Shown piece after piece: positions 32,001 to 41,103 of a stretch of DNA of 64,000 nucleotides. Under the pieces are notes generated by a model. The model worked only from the letters and a program-made list of their open reading frames with translations. It had not been told where the DNA came from and did no database searches. Source of the stretch: Candidatus Poribacteria bacterium (GTDB lineage: Bacteria; Poribacteria; WGA-4E; WGA-3G); the NCBI GenBank assembly GCA_965214095.1, contig OZ243938.1, positions 192,001 through 256,000 on the forward strand, given 5' to 3'. Within the stretch, counting starts at the first letter, position 1, and each line of letters starts with the position of its first letter. The position numbers were made by a program, and so were the translations under genes.

Positions 32001-32338
32001 TCTTTAGAAAAAACAAATGTTCCATGTATTTCTGGGAATAAGGAAATTTCATCGCATGTATCTACATCGTATATCCACACACCGGTTGTACTGCTTACCG
32101 CGAGTTGATTGCCATCAGGAGAGAACTGAATTCCTCTAAGTCCACCTTTTCCCAAGCGCATTTTCGCCTCATTCGGCAGTTCCCATTGTGGGTAATTTTC
32201 AATTGATCCTTCTTCAGGATTTCCTTCAACGGTAGGTGGTGCACAATTGGGTTGTTGTTCAGTCATTGGTTTCTTGTTCCATGTGTTTTCACTTCCAAAT
32301 TCTTTCAGTACATCCGACTTCAACTCAAAAGATGTCAT
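29021..32338 (-). CDS. Multi-WD40 repeat protein with TPR-like helices and C-terminal beta-sandwich domain
   Basis: Many FSPDG...ASG..DG.V..WD repeats; helical LAEYY/KAE.HIQK repeats; W.VLGPF...SDDQ.KVWLNG...L.KV domain; GGAGG before ATG 32338. Confidence 0.82.
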   Translation of the reverse strand: MTSFELKSDVLKEFGSENTWNKKPMTEQQPNCAPPTVEGNPEEGSIENYPQWELPNEAKMRLGKGGLRGIQFSPDGNQLAVSSTTGVWIYDVDTCDEISLFPEIHGTFVFSKDSRFLIKDEGVWEIGTGRRVSQHESLPDVGVAWFLKDHNTFVSMGKDRDTITILNIETRQTTTTEIGERPGYAHLEHYALTEDKMAIGSRDGRLELLDIRTGKKLITIREQTEKTVNFRLGTSEKNHSVALEFSPDGSILASGNLDGTVQMWDTTSGEELIILNRKVDKMRILFHTPDDKLITHEPWYKENISRPTALKFSPDGNILAIGNIDSSIQLWNLATSEFIATFTGHTSNVNRLAFSPDGNTLASGSTDGTVRFWNIRTKAPRKTRITGHEWIRSASFMKSNSKLSSVSSDGIVTVWDLETFQKTTNKTKKTVEMPRHWGTAATLVFSADGTKLRTMGLEVHSRNSDSDNYVLRITDVNTGRELDSFPHDNEDVFSPDGKTIAGSRGNRIYILNMETGEKQKIITSDHDEDSDDDKSFIYTLAFSPDSKKIVSGNEGGQVQMWDVETGDELCSYFEVQHTDGNSYRERILNFAFSADGSLLAVGSTKRIRLIGITKETYYWDVSDDNISYEGLLFSPDDSVLICGHFDGVIQLLDISTGDILATLDKHTYRIETLALSPDGKTLISFGGGTILFWNWDKVIANARKEKQEPESERKLSTEEQSKENVLQFVEKSSPIAKSSNHPLTLAEVYLANEWYEEALQRYNRNLYITTPETFPSREGDLKLISSPILVRKLFAQITRSCKNVKDKDGYINMLNQLIDIAPDRINIQLNSYMILAKFYAANGMFEKAKEHIRKTESRIEDSLSDNSDFSKHIYIRLAEYNREYGQLEKAENYIQKFESILENNYSDSLQSELNANFALAEYYRQFGLSDKAEKHIQKTGLLTEDVWKVLGPFDNTDGIGYDTAYIPENITEIDLTAKYDGRNGKVSWKQFIDEEFDGYIHLGEDNVEWHVSYAFTTVYSPDERKVEIRFDSDDQGKVWLNGKEAFSHTKAFMAIVDTYTIPVTLKQGKNSILTKVCNEEGGWAFFMRITDSDGKPFSDLKFGNL

Positions 32339-32406
32339 GATAGGTCCTCCAAAATATCTATTTGCATCTATCAATCTAAATAACCTAAGTTGCTACATAT
32401 TGAATT

Positions 32407-32546
32407 TTATAGTAAAAACCATAATTATTTACACACTGCGGTAGGTTCGGTTTCCTAACCGAACCGGTGTTTGTTCAGTCTCATAGATGCGGTTAGGAAA
32501 CCGCATCTACCGCGGAGTGTGCACGTGTTTTTACATTTCACTATAA
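32407..32546. mobile_element. MITE/REPIN-like cassette: two inverted REP palindromes inside imperfect TIRs
   Basis: TTATAGT...ACTATAA ends; inner GTAGgttcggtttcctaaccgaacc and inverted GTAGatgcggtttcctaaccgcatct; related copies at ~42527 and ~59420. Confidence 0.65.
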
Positions 32547-32654
32547 TCATCAAATTACTTTATCAAACGAGGAAACAAAGGAATTCTGCATATTTTGGTG
32601 GCACTCCTTATAAATCGGGGTTACAAACCTCTCCAACAAATGATAAGTGGCAAC

Positions 32655-34112
32655 TTAGGTTAAATAATCCATTTCGGGTAACAAATTCCACCTGTATTGG
32701 TCAGGTGGATGCGTGTTGCGTGTCCAATTACCAAGTATTCGTGTATCCTCACGTTTTGCTTGCATCTGTAGGGCAATTTTTTCTGGGTCCCAGCCATCCA
32801 ATACCTTTTCTGTCAATTCTGACAAAATGTCCTGACAATCTGGATCATCTGCTCTATCGTGCAATTCATTCGGGTCATCGTATATATTATAGAGTTGCGA
32901 AGGTTGCAAATGATAGTAATTTAATTTCCAATCTCCGTTGCGAATCATCCTGTGGTAACACCCGTCGTCAGTGCAAAATTCAGAGAATGCGATATCTTCC
33001 CAATGTGTGTCTTTTCCATTGAACAAAGGTAGGACACTTCTGCCGCGAGTATTTGGCAACGGTGGTGCATCAAGTGCATCAAGCATCGTTGCATTTAAAT
33101 CGAGCGCACTTATCACTCTGGCACAACGGACACCTTCTGGTAGGTTTCCACGCCATGATAGAATTGCTGGTACTTTTACTGAATGTTCATAGAAAGTCTG
33201 TTTCCACCAGAGTCCATGTTCTCCTACCTGCTCACCGTGATCTGAAGAATAGAGTATAATTGTGTTTTGATCTAACCCATTTTCTTGAAGTGCGGTTAGG
33301 ATTTGTCCAATCATGATGTCCATACGCGTAACTAATGCCCAATATGCTGTACGTGCCCGTATAATCTCTTCATCTGATACTTCTTTGATTCCACACTTTT
33401 CACGCCACCATTGGAAATATGGATGTAATTTTTCAGAATAAGGTTCAGGATTTGCAGGCATCGTCATTCGTCCATCATATATTTTATAATCTTCCTGCCT
33501 TGCTACAAAGGGTTGATGGGGTAACATAAATCCGACAGAGATTGAGAATGGTTCGTCAAGCAGTCCTGCTCTATTCTGAACTCCAAGTCGATTGAGATAA
33601 TCTACTGTGGCAGCGGTTACATCTTCGTCATGCACCTGATATGCGCTTTGTCCTGCCCCAGATTTCTGTAGACTCACTCGCGCTGGTCCTGCTGTTCCTG
33701 ACAGTTCGCCATGGTCAATACCACGACCTCCTGGATGATTCGGTCCGTGGTCTCCTACAAGTCTGTCTGAATAGCCATGCAGTTGATCAGGTCCCAAAGC
33801 ATGCATTCGTCCGATAAGAACAGGTTTATATCCTGCTGCTCCCATTGCGTGTGCGAAGGTTGGAATCCCAGAGTTTAGTATGTGGCTGTTCGTCCAAACT
33901 TCGTTTTCATAAGGAAACCGTCCGCTCAACATAGACATACGGGATGGCACGCAGATTGGTGACGGACAGTAGACATTTTCAAATGTTATCCCTTCTGATG
34001 CGAGTCTGTCTAAGTTTGGCGTTTGCACCAATTTGTCACCGTAGCATCCTGTGACATAGGGATTGTGTTGGTCTGAATGGATGTAGAGTAAATTTGGTTG
34101 TGGTTTTTGCAT
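32655..34112 (-). CDS. Formylglycine-dependent sulfatase (choline-sulfatase-like)
   Basis: PNLLYIHSDQH, CVPSR (CxPxR), SDHGE..GEHGLWWKQTFYE. Confidence 0.9.
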   Translation of the reverse strand: MQKPQPNLLYIHSDQHNPYVTGCYGDKLVQTPNLDRLASEGITFENVYCPSPICVPSRMSMLSGRFPYENEVWTNSHILNSGIPTFAHAMGAAGYKPVLIGRMHALGPDQLHGYSDRLVGDHGPNHPGGRGIDHGELSGTAGPARVSLQKSGAGQSAYQVHDEDVTAATVDYLNRLGVQNRAGLLDEPFSISVGFMLPHQPFVARQEDYKIYDGRMTMPANPEPYSEKLHPYFQWWREKCGIKEVSDEEIIRARTAYWALVTRMDIMIGQILTALQENGLDQNTIILYSSDHGEQVGEHGLWWKQTFYEHSVKVPAILSWRGNLPEGVRCARVISALDLNATMLDALDAPPLPNTRGRSVLPLFNGKDTHWEDIAFSEFCTDDGCYHRMIRNGDWKLNYYHLQPSQLYNIYDDPNELHDRADDPDCQDILSELTEKVLDGWDPEKIALQMQAKREDTRILGNWTRNTHPPDQYRWNLLPEMDYLT

Positions 34113-34146
34113 TAAATTCTGTTCCTTTATGTTTTTGCTATGTTTC

Positions 34147-34174
34147 ATTATATTTGACAAGTGTTTGGTGTCAA
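34147..34174 (-). promoter_or_regulatory. Putative sigma70 promoter of the sulfatase
   Basis: Minus strand TTGACA-16-TATAAT. Confidence 0.5.
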
Positions 34175-34292
34175 GGAAAATATAATGATTGACTTCTTTC
34201 TGAATCTCGAATTCTTGTCTGAGCCAGGATTTGCAGGATTAGTAGATTTCAGGATAAGAGGTTGATGTTTCAAGGTGGTATTTGAAAGATAG

Positions 34293-34317
34293 ACGGCACG
34301 CGGAGCGTGCCTACTAC
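34293..34317 (-). repeat. REP-like palindrome, same family as 19209-19233
   Basis: acggcacgcggagcgtgcctactac; compensatory stem change versus ggcacacggagtgtgcc. Confidence 0.75.
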
Positions 34318-34502
34318 CATGAATGTAAGAAGTGGAATGAGTTGCACGATTACAAGAGCGTTTTACGTGAATGTAAAGTGTATTGTTAATCTCAAAGTTC
34401 ACTATAGATGTGATATTTTGTGGACATCATAAACTGACTATGATACTATATCTCAACACTAATAGAATTTCAATCTTCATGAGAACATAGGGAGACGAAG
34501 AC

Positions 34503-35318
34503 GTGAATTTTGTTCAGTTGACAGATGCACAACGAAATGAATTTGAAGAAAACGGGTTTTTTATTGTCCGTTCAGTGCTTGACGAAGATATGGTTGCACG
34601 TCTGACTGAAGCGGCTGATCGTATCGTTAAAGAACGAGAGACAGATGCACAATATGTACATATACGTGATGGGTTGGTTCAAGAACCTGCATTCGCAGAA
34701 TTGACATCACAGACTCATGCGATTCCATTAGTCATTCAACTACTGGGTACTAATCTCCACATTACCAATACTGCCCTTCTCTACAAACGTCCGCAGCCAC
34801 GCGAACTACCAGAGAATCGTGGATGGCACCGCGATGTCGGTTTACATTTAGATCTTGGACACAGAGATTGTCCACGGGTTGGTTTGAAAGTGGCATATTG
34901 TCTAACGGATTGTAATGTTCCAAATTCTGGTGCAACATTATTTATACCAAAGAGCCACGTATCTGGTGAACCTTTGGGTATTCCAGAAGGTAAACTTGAC
35001 CCTGTTGAACCTTATGCCGAACCATTACTCCGGGCAGGGGATGCGTATTTTTTTGAAAACCGAATTTACCATACCACTGGACTAAACTTCACGGATCAGA
35101 CAGCGAAAATAGTAATATACGGTTATCATTATTCTTGGATAAAGCCTGAAGGATATTTATTGTATTACAACGACAGACAACAACCAGACGAAGATGTATT
35201 GAATAAGGTTGATGACCTTGGTAAACAGTTTCTCGGTGGAGGTGGCGGGGCAGTTGCACAATGGGCAACGGAACATAATCTCACATTGGAACAAGCACCG
35301 CAGTCTATTACTATATGA
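34503..35318 (+). CDS. PhyH-family Fe/2OG dioxygenase
   Basis: FEENGF, WHRD, GATLFIPKSH, AGDA.FFENRIYH. Confidence 0.86.
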   Translation: MNFVQLTDAQRNEFEENGFFIVRSVLDEDMVARLTEAADRIVKERETDAQYVHIRDGLVQEPAFAELTSQTHAIPLVIQLLGTNLHITNTALLYKRPQPRELPENRGWHRDVGLHLDLGHRDCPRVGLKVAYCLTDCNVPNSGATLFIPKSHVSGEPLGIPEGKLDPVEPYAEPLLRAGDAYFFENRIYHTTGLNFTDQTAKIVIYGYHYSWIKPEGYLLYYNDRQQPDEDVLNKVDDLGKQFLGGGGGAVAQWATEHNLTLEQAPQSITI

Positions 35319-35355
35319 ACTAAGTAGCTACTTACTGAATCTGACATACTCCCTC

Positions 35356-35473
35356 ACCTAATGAAGTTTGACGTTCAGGGTATCCGTAGGGGCGATTTAG
35401 AAAGGTCCAGAGGGTTGAGAAACCCAACCCCTACGTTTACATTACCGAATTTGAATATCAAACTTCATAAGGT
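35356..35473. mobile_element. MITE-like cassette with 22-bp imperfect TIRs enclosing an inverted GTAG REP pair
   Basis: acctaatgaagtttgacgttca versus reverse complement of the right end accttatgaagtttgatattca (19/22); inner cgtagggg...cccctacg. Confidence 0.68.
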
Positions 35474-35486
35474 ACCAACATAGATT

Positions 35487-35882
35487 TTATTCTTTCAGAT
35501 AACTTGTCTGAACAATAGTTTTCATCCCGCCGCGTATGTTAAAATCACCGACTATTTCTGCTGTTCTCGGTTGACATGCAGTCACAAAATCCTCAAGAAC
35601 TTTATTTACTAAATGTTCATGAAAGATACCTATATCTCTGAAGGATACGAAATACTCTTTCAATGATTTTAGTTCAATGCAGTACTTGTCTGGAACATAG
35701 GTAATAGTGATTGTTGCGAAGTCTGGTAATCCTGTTTTTGGACAGACAGTAGTAAATTCTAAATTGGTAATTTCAATGGTGTAATCTCTATCGCTATATT
35801 GGTTTTTCCATGTTTCAATTGTAGGTGTTTTTAGATCGCGTATATGTGATTGTAAATCGTCATAATCTGAATGTATGCTCAT
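35487..35882 (-). CDS. queF: NADPH-dependent preQ0 reductase (preQ1 synthase)
   Basis: EFTTVCPKTGLPDFA, IELKSLK.Y, IFHE, FNIRGG. Confidence 0.95.
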   Translation of the reverse strand: MSIHSDYDDLQSHIRDLKTPTIETWKNQYSDRDYTIEITNLEFTTVCPKTGLPDFATITITYVPDKYCIELKSLKEYFVSFRDIGIFHEHLVNKVLEDFVTACQPRTAEIVGDFNIRGGMKTIVQTSYLKE

Positions 35883-35972
35883 TCGACCATCCTTAAGATG
35901 TTTGTGCTGTTTATATCTTGGCCTTTATAGTATCTCATATATTTAGAAGAATATCTCATTAATGATTGATAC

Positions 35973-36002
35973 ATTATACCGTATATCAGCAATTTGATGC
36001 AA
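35973..36002 (-). promoter_or_regulatory. Putative sigma70 promoter of queF
   Basis: Minus strand TTGCAT-18-TATAAT. Confidence 0.5.
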
Positions 36003-36087
36003 TGATGTTTGAAGATATGAGGTAAAGAACTTCTCACAATCGGGAGCATAAACCCCTTCACTCATGTGTGTATTTATCTGATTAATC

Positions 36088-36116
36088 TTGACAACCGACA
36101 TTCTAATTGCTATTGT
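36088..36116 (+). promoter_or_regulatory. Putative sigma70 promoter of the PhyH gene at 36165
   Basis: TTGACA-17-TATTGT with extended TG. Confidence 0.55.
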
Positions 36117-36164
36117 ATTCACATCTAACAATTATCCTTTTCATACAATTTTGAAGGTGTCTAT

Positions 36165-36983
36165 ATGAAATTAACCGAGAAACAGGTCAATTACTTTAAC
36201 ACATTTGGATTCCTTTTTATTTCAAACATGTTCTCATCAAGTGAAATTGAGTGGATAACAGAAGAGTTTGAAATTACAATCCAAGAATTTGGTGGTGGAA
36301 AGAACCATGATGGTTCACAACGTACGATGTTTGGTGGTCCTATAGAACATCGTCCTCGCCTCTGCACACTGCTTGATGATGAACGTATAAGGGGTTTGAT
36401 AGGCGGTGTCATCGGGGAAGATTTCAACTATGCAGGTGGAGATGGAAACTATTACGCAGGTGATACAGGGTGGCATCCTGATGGAAGTTGGGGCAGACTC
36501 TTCTCCATTAAAGTTGCTTTCTACCTTGATGAATTGACGCGAGATACTGGATGTTTACGCATTTTACCCGGTAGTCAGAATCCAGCACATTTTGTTAGGG
36601 CACAACAGATAGATCCAAATCAATCCGAAACCTTATTTGGAGTTCCACCTGAGGACTTCCCAACCAGTATTGCGTTGGAAAGTTCTCCAGGAGATGTGGT
36701 AATATTCAATCACGATACTTACCATGCATCTTTTGGTGGTGGGACACGACGACGGATGTTTACGATGAACTGTACACAACATTGCACATCGACAGAAGAT
36801 TTGGAAACTTTGAACCAATATTTGAGTGTCCATTCAGCAGGTGGATACAATATTGACACAGGTGCGGGTATGTTCTTTCCGACTATGATTGACACAGCAG
36901 ATGAGACACGTAGGAAACATCTACAACAATGTAGTGATATTCATGATGTGTTATTTCCTCAATATGCGCGTAAATCTAAATGA
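36165..36983 (+). CDS. PhyH-family Fe/2OG dioxygenase
   Basis: FNTFGF, GDTGWHPD, GCLRILPGS, YHASFGG..RRRMF. Confidence 0.86.
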   Translation: MKLTEKQVNYFNTFGFLFISNMFSSSEIEWITEEFEITIQEFGGGKNHDGSQRTMFGGPIEHRPRLCTLLDDERIRGLIGGVIGEDFNYAGGDGNYYAGDTGWHPDGSWGRLFSIKVAFYLDELTRDTGCLRILPGSQNPAHFVRAQQIDPNQSETLFGVPPEDFPTSIALESSPGDVVIFNHDTYHASFGGGTRRRMFTMNCTQHCTSTEDLETLNQYLSVHSAGGYNIDTGAGMFFPTMIDTADETRRKHLQQCSDIHDVLFPQYARKSK

Positions 36984-37059
36984 TACATTTCTCTTGTCAT
37001 TTGATTGGATATATGTTATTTTAACATGTATTCCATCCAACACCAACAAGGACAATTCA

Positions 37060-39435
37060 TTGAAGTTTCGAACTACATTTCTCTGTTTCATTTTATTCTG
37101 TAGCATGATTTCCTTTAAAGCTACAGCGAATCCTCAAAAGGTGCATACCCAACTCCCAACGAACTCAGTAGCAATGAGCGATGATGCACTTTCCACATTT
37201 TTTAATCCCGCCGGCTTAGGAACCAGTCGCGCACTCAACTTATATTATCTAAGAACTTACCATAGTGATTATCCAGGTGATGATGCGTTCTTTGTATCTG
37301 CCCCGGGTGGTGGATTTGGTATGGAATTCGCAAACGCACCAAACGATATAGATTTCACACGTTATAGTCTCTCGGCAGGACGACATTTCGGTAGTTCCTT
37401 GTATTGGGGAACTTCTTATAGTTGGATAAACTCTGATGACACTGAGTATGATAAATTCAAATCGGTGTCTGTCGGTATGATGTATCGCCGCAGGTTTTTC
37501 TCAATCGGTGCGATTGGCAGGGATCTAAATCGTCCCAAAATAGAGAATCAGAAGATAGGCAGAACGTATGATGTAGGAATTGCACTACGGCCGGGAACAT
37601 GGCGAACAACGTTGTCTGTAGATATGCGAAAAGTACAGGATATTCCTGGATTAGACTTTAGCTATGGTGTGGAAATTCGTCCAATTCGGGAATTAATGTT
37701 TCGCGGAACATATAACAGTGATAATAGTTTTGATATTCGATTCGGCATTAATATCGGCAACTATGGTATTGGAAGTGCAAACTACTATGAAGAAAGTAGA
37801 AAATCAAATGCAGGAGTGGGGTACTTCCATTTTTCTACAGCCGCAATTACAAAATCCATAATGCGTAAACGTCATTTTGTCAGAATGAAATTGGCGGAAG
37901 TAGATAGCGTATTACGGATTGCGAAATGGGATAAAGATGTTGCTGGGGCACTCATAGAAATTTCCGGTAGCAACTACGGCATGGGTAGGTATCAGGAATT
38001 CCGTGATGCTATTTTGGATTTCAAGAAATCAGGTAAAGTTGTCATCTCCTATCTCACCGGTTGCACCTCTGGAGAATATATCGTTGCTTCAGCATGTGAT
38101 TCTATTCTCATGCATCCGAGTACTGATTTGCGATTAATTGGAATACGCAGCGAACCCATGTTCTATAAAGGTTTGTTGGATAAGATTGGAATCAGGGCGC
38201 TTCTTGAGAATATTGGTGAGTATAAATCTGCAACAGAAGCATTTACACGAAGTAAAATGTCAGAACCGTATCTCGAAAACATGAATGCTATCCTTGATGA
38301 TCTGTATGATCAATTGACGAATGAAATTGCATCGGCGCGTGGTTGGACACAAGATTTCGTGAAACAGTTGATAGACAATGGTCCATATACTGCGAATGAA
38401 GCCATCAGAAATAACCTTGTTGATGAAATCACATATTCAGACGGTTTGCATCATAGAGCAGAAAAACTATCTGGTACAGATGTTAATTTTGTGGATGTCA
38501 ATGATTATATTAGAAGTGGTTTATTTCCACAGGAATGGTCTGTACCAAAACCCAAAATCGCGGTCATTGAAGCAGAAGGTATGATGATGACAGGAGAAAG
38601 TTTTACAGACCCATTCACAGGTACAAAAGTGATGGGTGCTGATACGATTGTTCGTGCAGTCAACTATACACGTTATGATGATTCAATCAAAGCCGTGGTC
38701 TTAAGGGTTGATACTGGTGGCGGACTGGTCATTGCTGCAGATGTTATTTGGAATGAACTTGTGGAACTCACTGTAAAGAAACCGCTTATCATTTCTATGG
38801 GGGACATTGCTGCATCTGGTGGATATTATATAGCTGCCCCCGCGGATGTAATTGTTGCTGAACCTGGGACAATAACAGGTTCTATAGGCGTTATTGGTGG
38901 GAAGTATAGTTATAAAGGACTATTTGAAAAACTTGGCATACACAGAGAGATATTAAAACGAGGAAAAAATGCAGATTTTTATAGTAATTTTTCAGATTAC
39001 CCACCAGAAGAACAAGCGATCATAAAAAAACAAATTAAAGAGATATACAATGATTTTGTAGCTAAAGTAACTCGCGGTAGAAGACTCTTAAACAGAACTG
39101 AGGTGGAAAAGGTCGCACAAGGACTTATTTGGACTGGAAAGCAAGCGAAAAAGAACGGGTTGGTTGACGAACTGGGTGGACTCAGTAAAGCACTATCTAT
39201 CGCGCAAATAAGAGCAGGACTGGAGAATAGACATGTTGAGATTGTCCGATTACCAAGACCATCAGCATTAATTCAATTATTGGGAAACATCCAGATGATG
39301 TCTACAAATAGAACATCACAAATACATAATATCCTTCAATCCACTGGGCAAAACGATAGTTTAAATCTGATTGATATATTGAGAAAACATCGGATTTTTC
39401 TGTTAGCACCCTTTGATATAAATGTTGGTATGTGA
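37060..39435 (+). CDS. sppA: Signal peptide peptidase SppA (S49) fused to an N-terminal PorV/FadL-like beta-barrel-type domain
   Basis: TTG start after AAGGA; signal peptide; SDDA...FFNPAGL followed by amphipathic strands; GEYKSA (Lys) and AASGGYY (Ser) dyad; TITGSIGV. Confidence 0.82.
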   Translation: MKFRTTFLCFILFCSMISFKATANPQKVHTQLPTNSVAMSDDALSTFFNPAGLGTSRALNLYYLRTYHSDYPGDDAFFVSAPGGGFGMEFANAPNDIDFTRYSLSAGRHFGSSLYWGTSYSWINSDDTEYDKFKSVSVGMMYRRRFFSIGAIGRDLNRPKIENQKIGRTYDVGIALRPGTWRTTLSVDMRKVQDIPGLDFSYGVEIRPIRELMFRGTYNSDNSFDIRFGINIGNYGIGSANYYEESRKSNAGVGYFHFSTAAITKSIMRKRHFVRMKLAEVDSVLRIAKWDKDVAGALIEISGSNYGMGRYQEFRDAILDFKKSGKVVISYLTGCTSGEYIVASACDSILMHPSTDLRLIGIRSEPMFYKGLLDKIGIRALLENIGEYKSATEAFTRSKMSEPYLENMNAILDDLYDQLTNEIASARGWTQDFVKQLIDNGPYTANEAIRNNLVDEITYSDGLHHRAEKLSGTDVNFVDVNDYIRSGLFPQEWSVPKPKIAVIEAEGMMMTGESFTDPFTGTKVMGADTIVRAVNYTRYDDSIKAVVLRVDTGGGLVIAADVIWNELVELTVKKPLIISMGDIAASGGYYIAAPADVIVAEPGTITGSIGVIGGKYSYKGLFEKLGIHREILKRGKNADFYSNFSDYPPEEQAIIKKQIKEIYNDFVAKVTRGRRLLNRTEVEKVAQGLIWTGKQAKKNGLVDELGGLSKALSIAQIRAGLENRHVEIVRLPRPSALIQLLGNIQMMSTNRTSQIHNILQSTGQNDSLNLIDILRKHRIFLLAPFDINVGM

Positions 39436-39458
39436 GCATAATCTTAGGTTTAAAATGA

Positions 39459-40121
39459 ATGTGGAATTCAAGGCAGCTTATGATGTCACCTTCTGATGCA
39501 TTTGTTAGAGCACGTCAGAATATGGTTAGAAGACAGATTAAAGGACGTGGTGTTCGTGATCGGAATATTCTCGCTGCGATGGAAAAAATTGAGAGACATC
39601 GGTTTGTTTCATCAGAATATCATAAATCAGCATATCAAGATAGACCACTTTCAATAGAGTATGGACAAACGATTTCACAACCCTATATTGTGGCATTGAT
39701 GACAGAATTGCTTAAATTGAATAGCGGATCTAAAGTGCTTGAAATTGGAACAGGTTGTGGCTACCAAACCGCTGTTTTAGCAGAAGTTGCCAATGAAGTT
39801 TATTCGGTTGAAATCCTACCTGAACTTGCAAAAATTGCGAAGAAAAGATTAGCTGCACTCAACTATCATAACATAAAACTAAAACAGGGTAACGGTCATT
39901 TTGGATGGATTGAACAGGCACCCTATGATGGCGTGCTGGTGTCTGCAGCACCAGATCGGATACCTTTTCGTCTAACACAGCAGCTTGATGAAGGTGGACG
40001 AATGGTTATTCCAGTTGGTTCCAATATACAAGAACTCTTATTAATCAAGAAGGTTTCTGGTAAAGTAGAAACGACATCTATCACAGGAGTTAGTTTTGTT
40101 CCAATGACTGGTGCCACGTAG
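39459..40121 (+). CDS. pcm: Protein-L-isoaspartate O-methyltransferase
   Basis: GQTISQPY, VLEIGTGCGYQ, APYDG..V.AA, GGRMVIPVG, FVPM. Confidence 0.95.
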   Translation: MWNSRQLMMSPSDAFVRARQNMVRRQIKGRGVRDRNILAAMEKIERHRFVSSEYHKSAYQDRPLSIEYGQTISQPYIVALMTELLKLNSGSKVLEIGTGCGYQTAVLAEVANEVYSVEILPELAKIAKKRLAALNYHNIKLKQGNGHFGWIEQAPYDGVLVSAAPDRIPFRLTQQLDEGGRMVIPVGSNIQELLLIKKVSGKVETTSITGVSFVPMTGAT

Positions 40122-40129
40122 GAGAAATA

Positions 40130-41086
40130 ATGTTAAGTATAAAATTGAAAAGTTGCTTTTTCCTGTTAATAATAGCGATATCCACAACATCTGCCAATGC
40201 AGCATTTAATGACATTGGTGTGGGGGCGCGTCCCCTCGGTCTTGGTGGTGCATTTGTTGCCCTCGCGGATGATAGCAATGCTGCAAACTATAATGCAGCA
40301 GGATTGGCTTATATTGACGAGAGTCAGATTGGGGTAACATACTCTCAGCGATTTAGCGGATTGATTAACTACATTGGGATTAGTGGAATTGTTCCCATCG
40401 GAGCCATCGGTACACTTGGTGCAAATATAGGTATCCTATCTGAAAGCTCAGACATATATAAAGAACAATCCATACGGATAACGTATGCACGCAAACTATT
40501 TCAGCAATTGGGATTGGGGTTAAACATTAAGCACTACAGTACCAATTATGATTCAGAAAACGAGTTCGTTGCTTCAAACCCATATTTCACTGAGACATCA
40601 AGCTCGGCAGTGTCACTCGATGTAGGTCTATTAGCAAAACCGGTGAAGAGCCTAAATCTCGGTTTATCATTAGAGAATTTGGTGCCTGCGGATGTCAGTA
40701 TTTCTGAAGAAGAAACGGATACGGTCCCAATGAGTATCAGAACAGGTATTGCTTACAAACTGGAATCTATCGCTGAGATGAGTGTGCAGGGTGCTGCTAT
40801 TACAAATATATTACGAGAAACCCTAGCAACAGTGGATATACTTTCTCGCAATGGTGAACTCTACACACGAATTGGTGTAGAAATGTGGGTGAATCCATCC
40901 ATTGGTGTGCGAGGTGGGTACAGTATAAAAATTAGTGGGAATTCAGCAAACACACTCAACCTTGGTGGCAGTGCCAAGATACCGATAGGTGGTACAGCAC
41001 TGCAGCTTGATTACGGTTTTCAGCTGCTGACAGGAGACCTACAGGACAACACAACACAACGATTCTCAGTTAATCTTTTGTTCTAA
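40130..41086 (+). CDS. PorV/PorQ- or PorP/SprF-like outer-membrane beta-barrel protein
   Basis: Signal peptide; GVGARPLGLGGAFVALADD..A.YNAAGL; alternating strands; C-terminal Phe (QRFSVNLLF). Confidence 0.75.
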   Translation: MLSIKLKSCFFLLIIAISTTSANAAFNDIGVGARPLGLGGAFVALADDSNAANYNAAGLAYIDESQIGVTYSQRFSGLINYIGISGIVPIGAIGTLGANIGILSESSDIYKEQSIRITYARKLFQQLGLGLNIKHYSTNYDSENEFVASNPYFTETSSSAVSLDVGLLAKPVKSLNLGLSLENLVPADVSISEEETDTVPMSIRTGIAYKLESIAEMSVQGAAITNILRETLATVDILSRNGELYTRIGVEMWVNPSIGVRGGYSIKISGNSANTLNLGGSAKIPIGGTALQLDYGFQLLTGDLQDNTTQRFSVNLLF

Positions 41087-41103
41087 AGAAAGGAATATAT
41101 ACC

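Noticed and set aside
35883-36060. preQ1 riboswitch upstream of queF
   Set aside because: No preQ1-I stem/GGUUC loop/A-rich tail pattern recognised in the leader; an Rfam scan would be decisive
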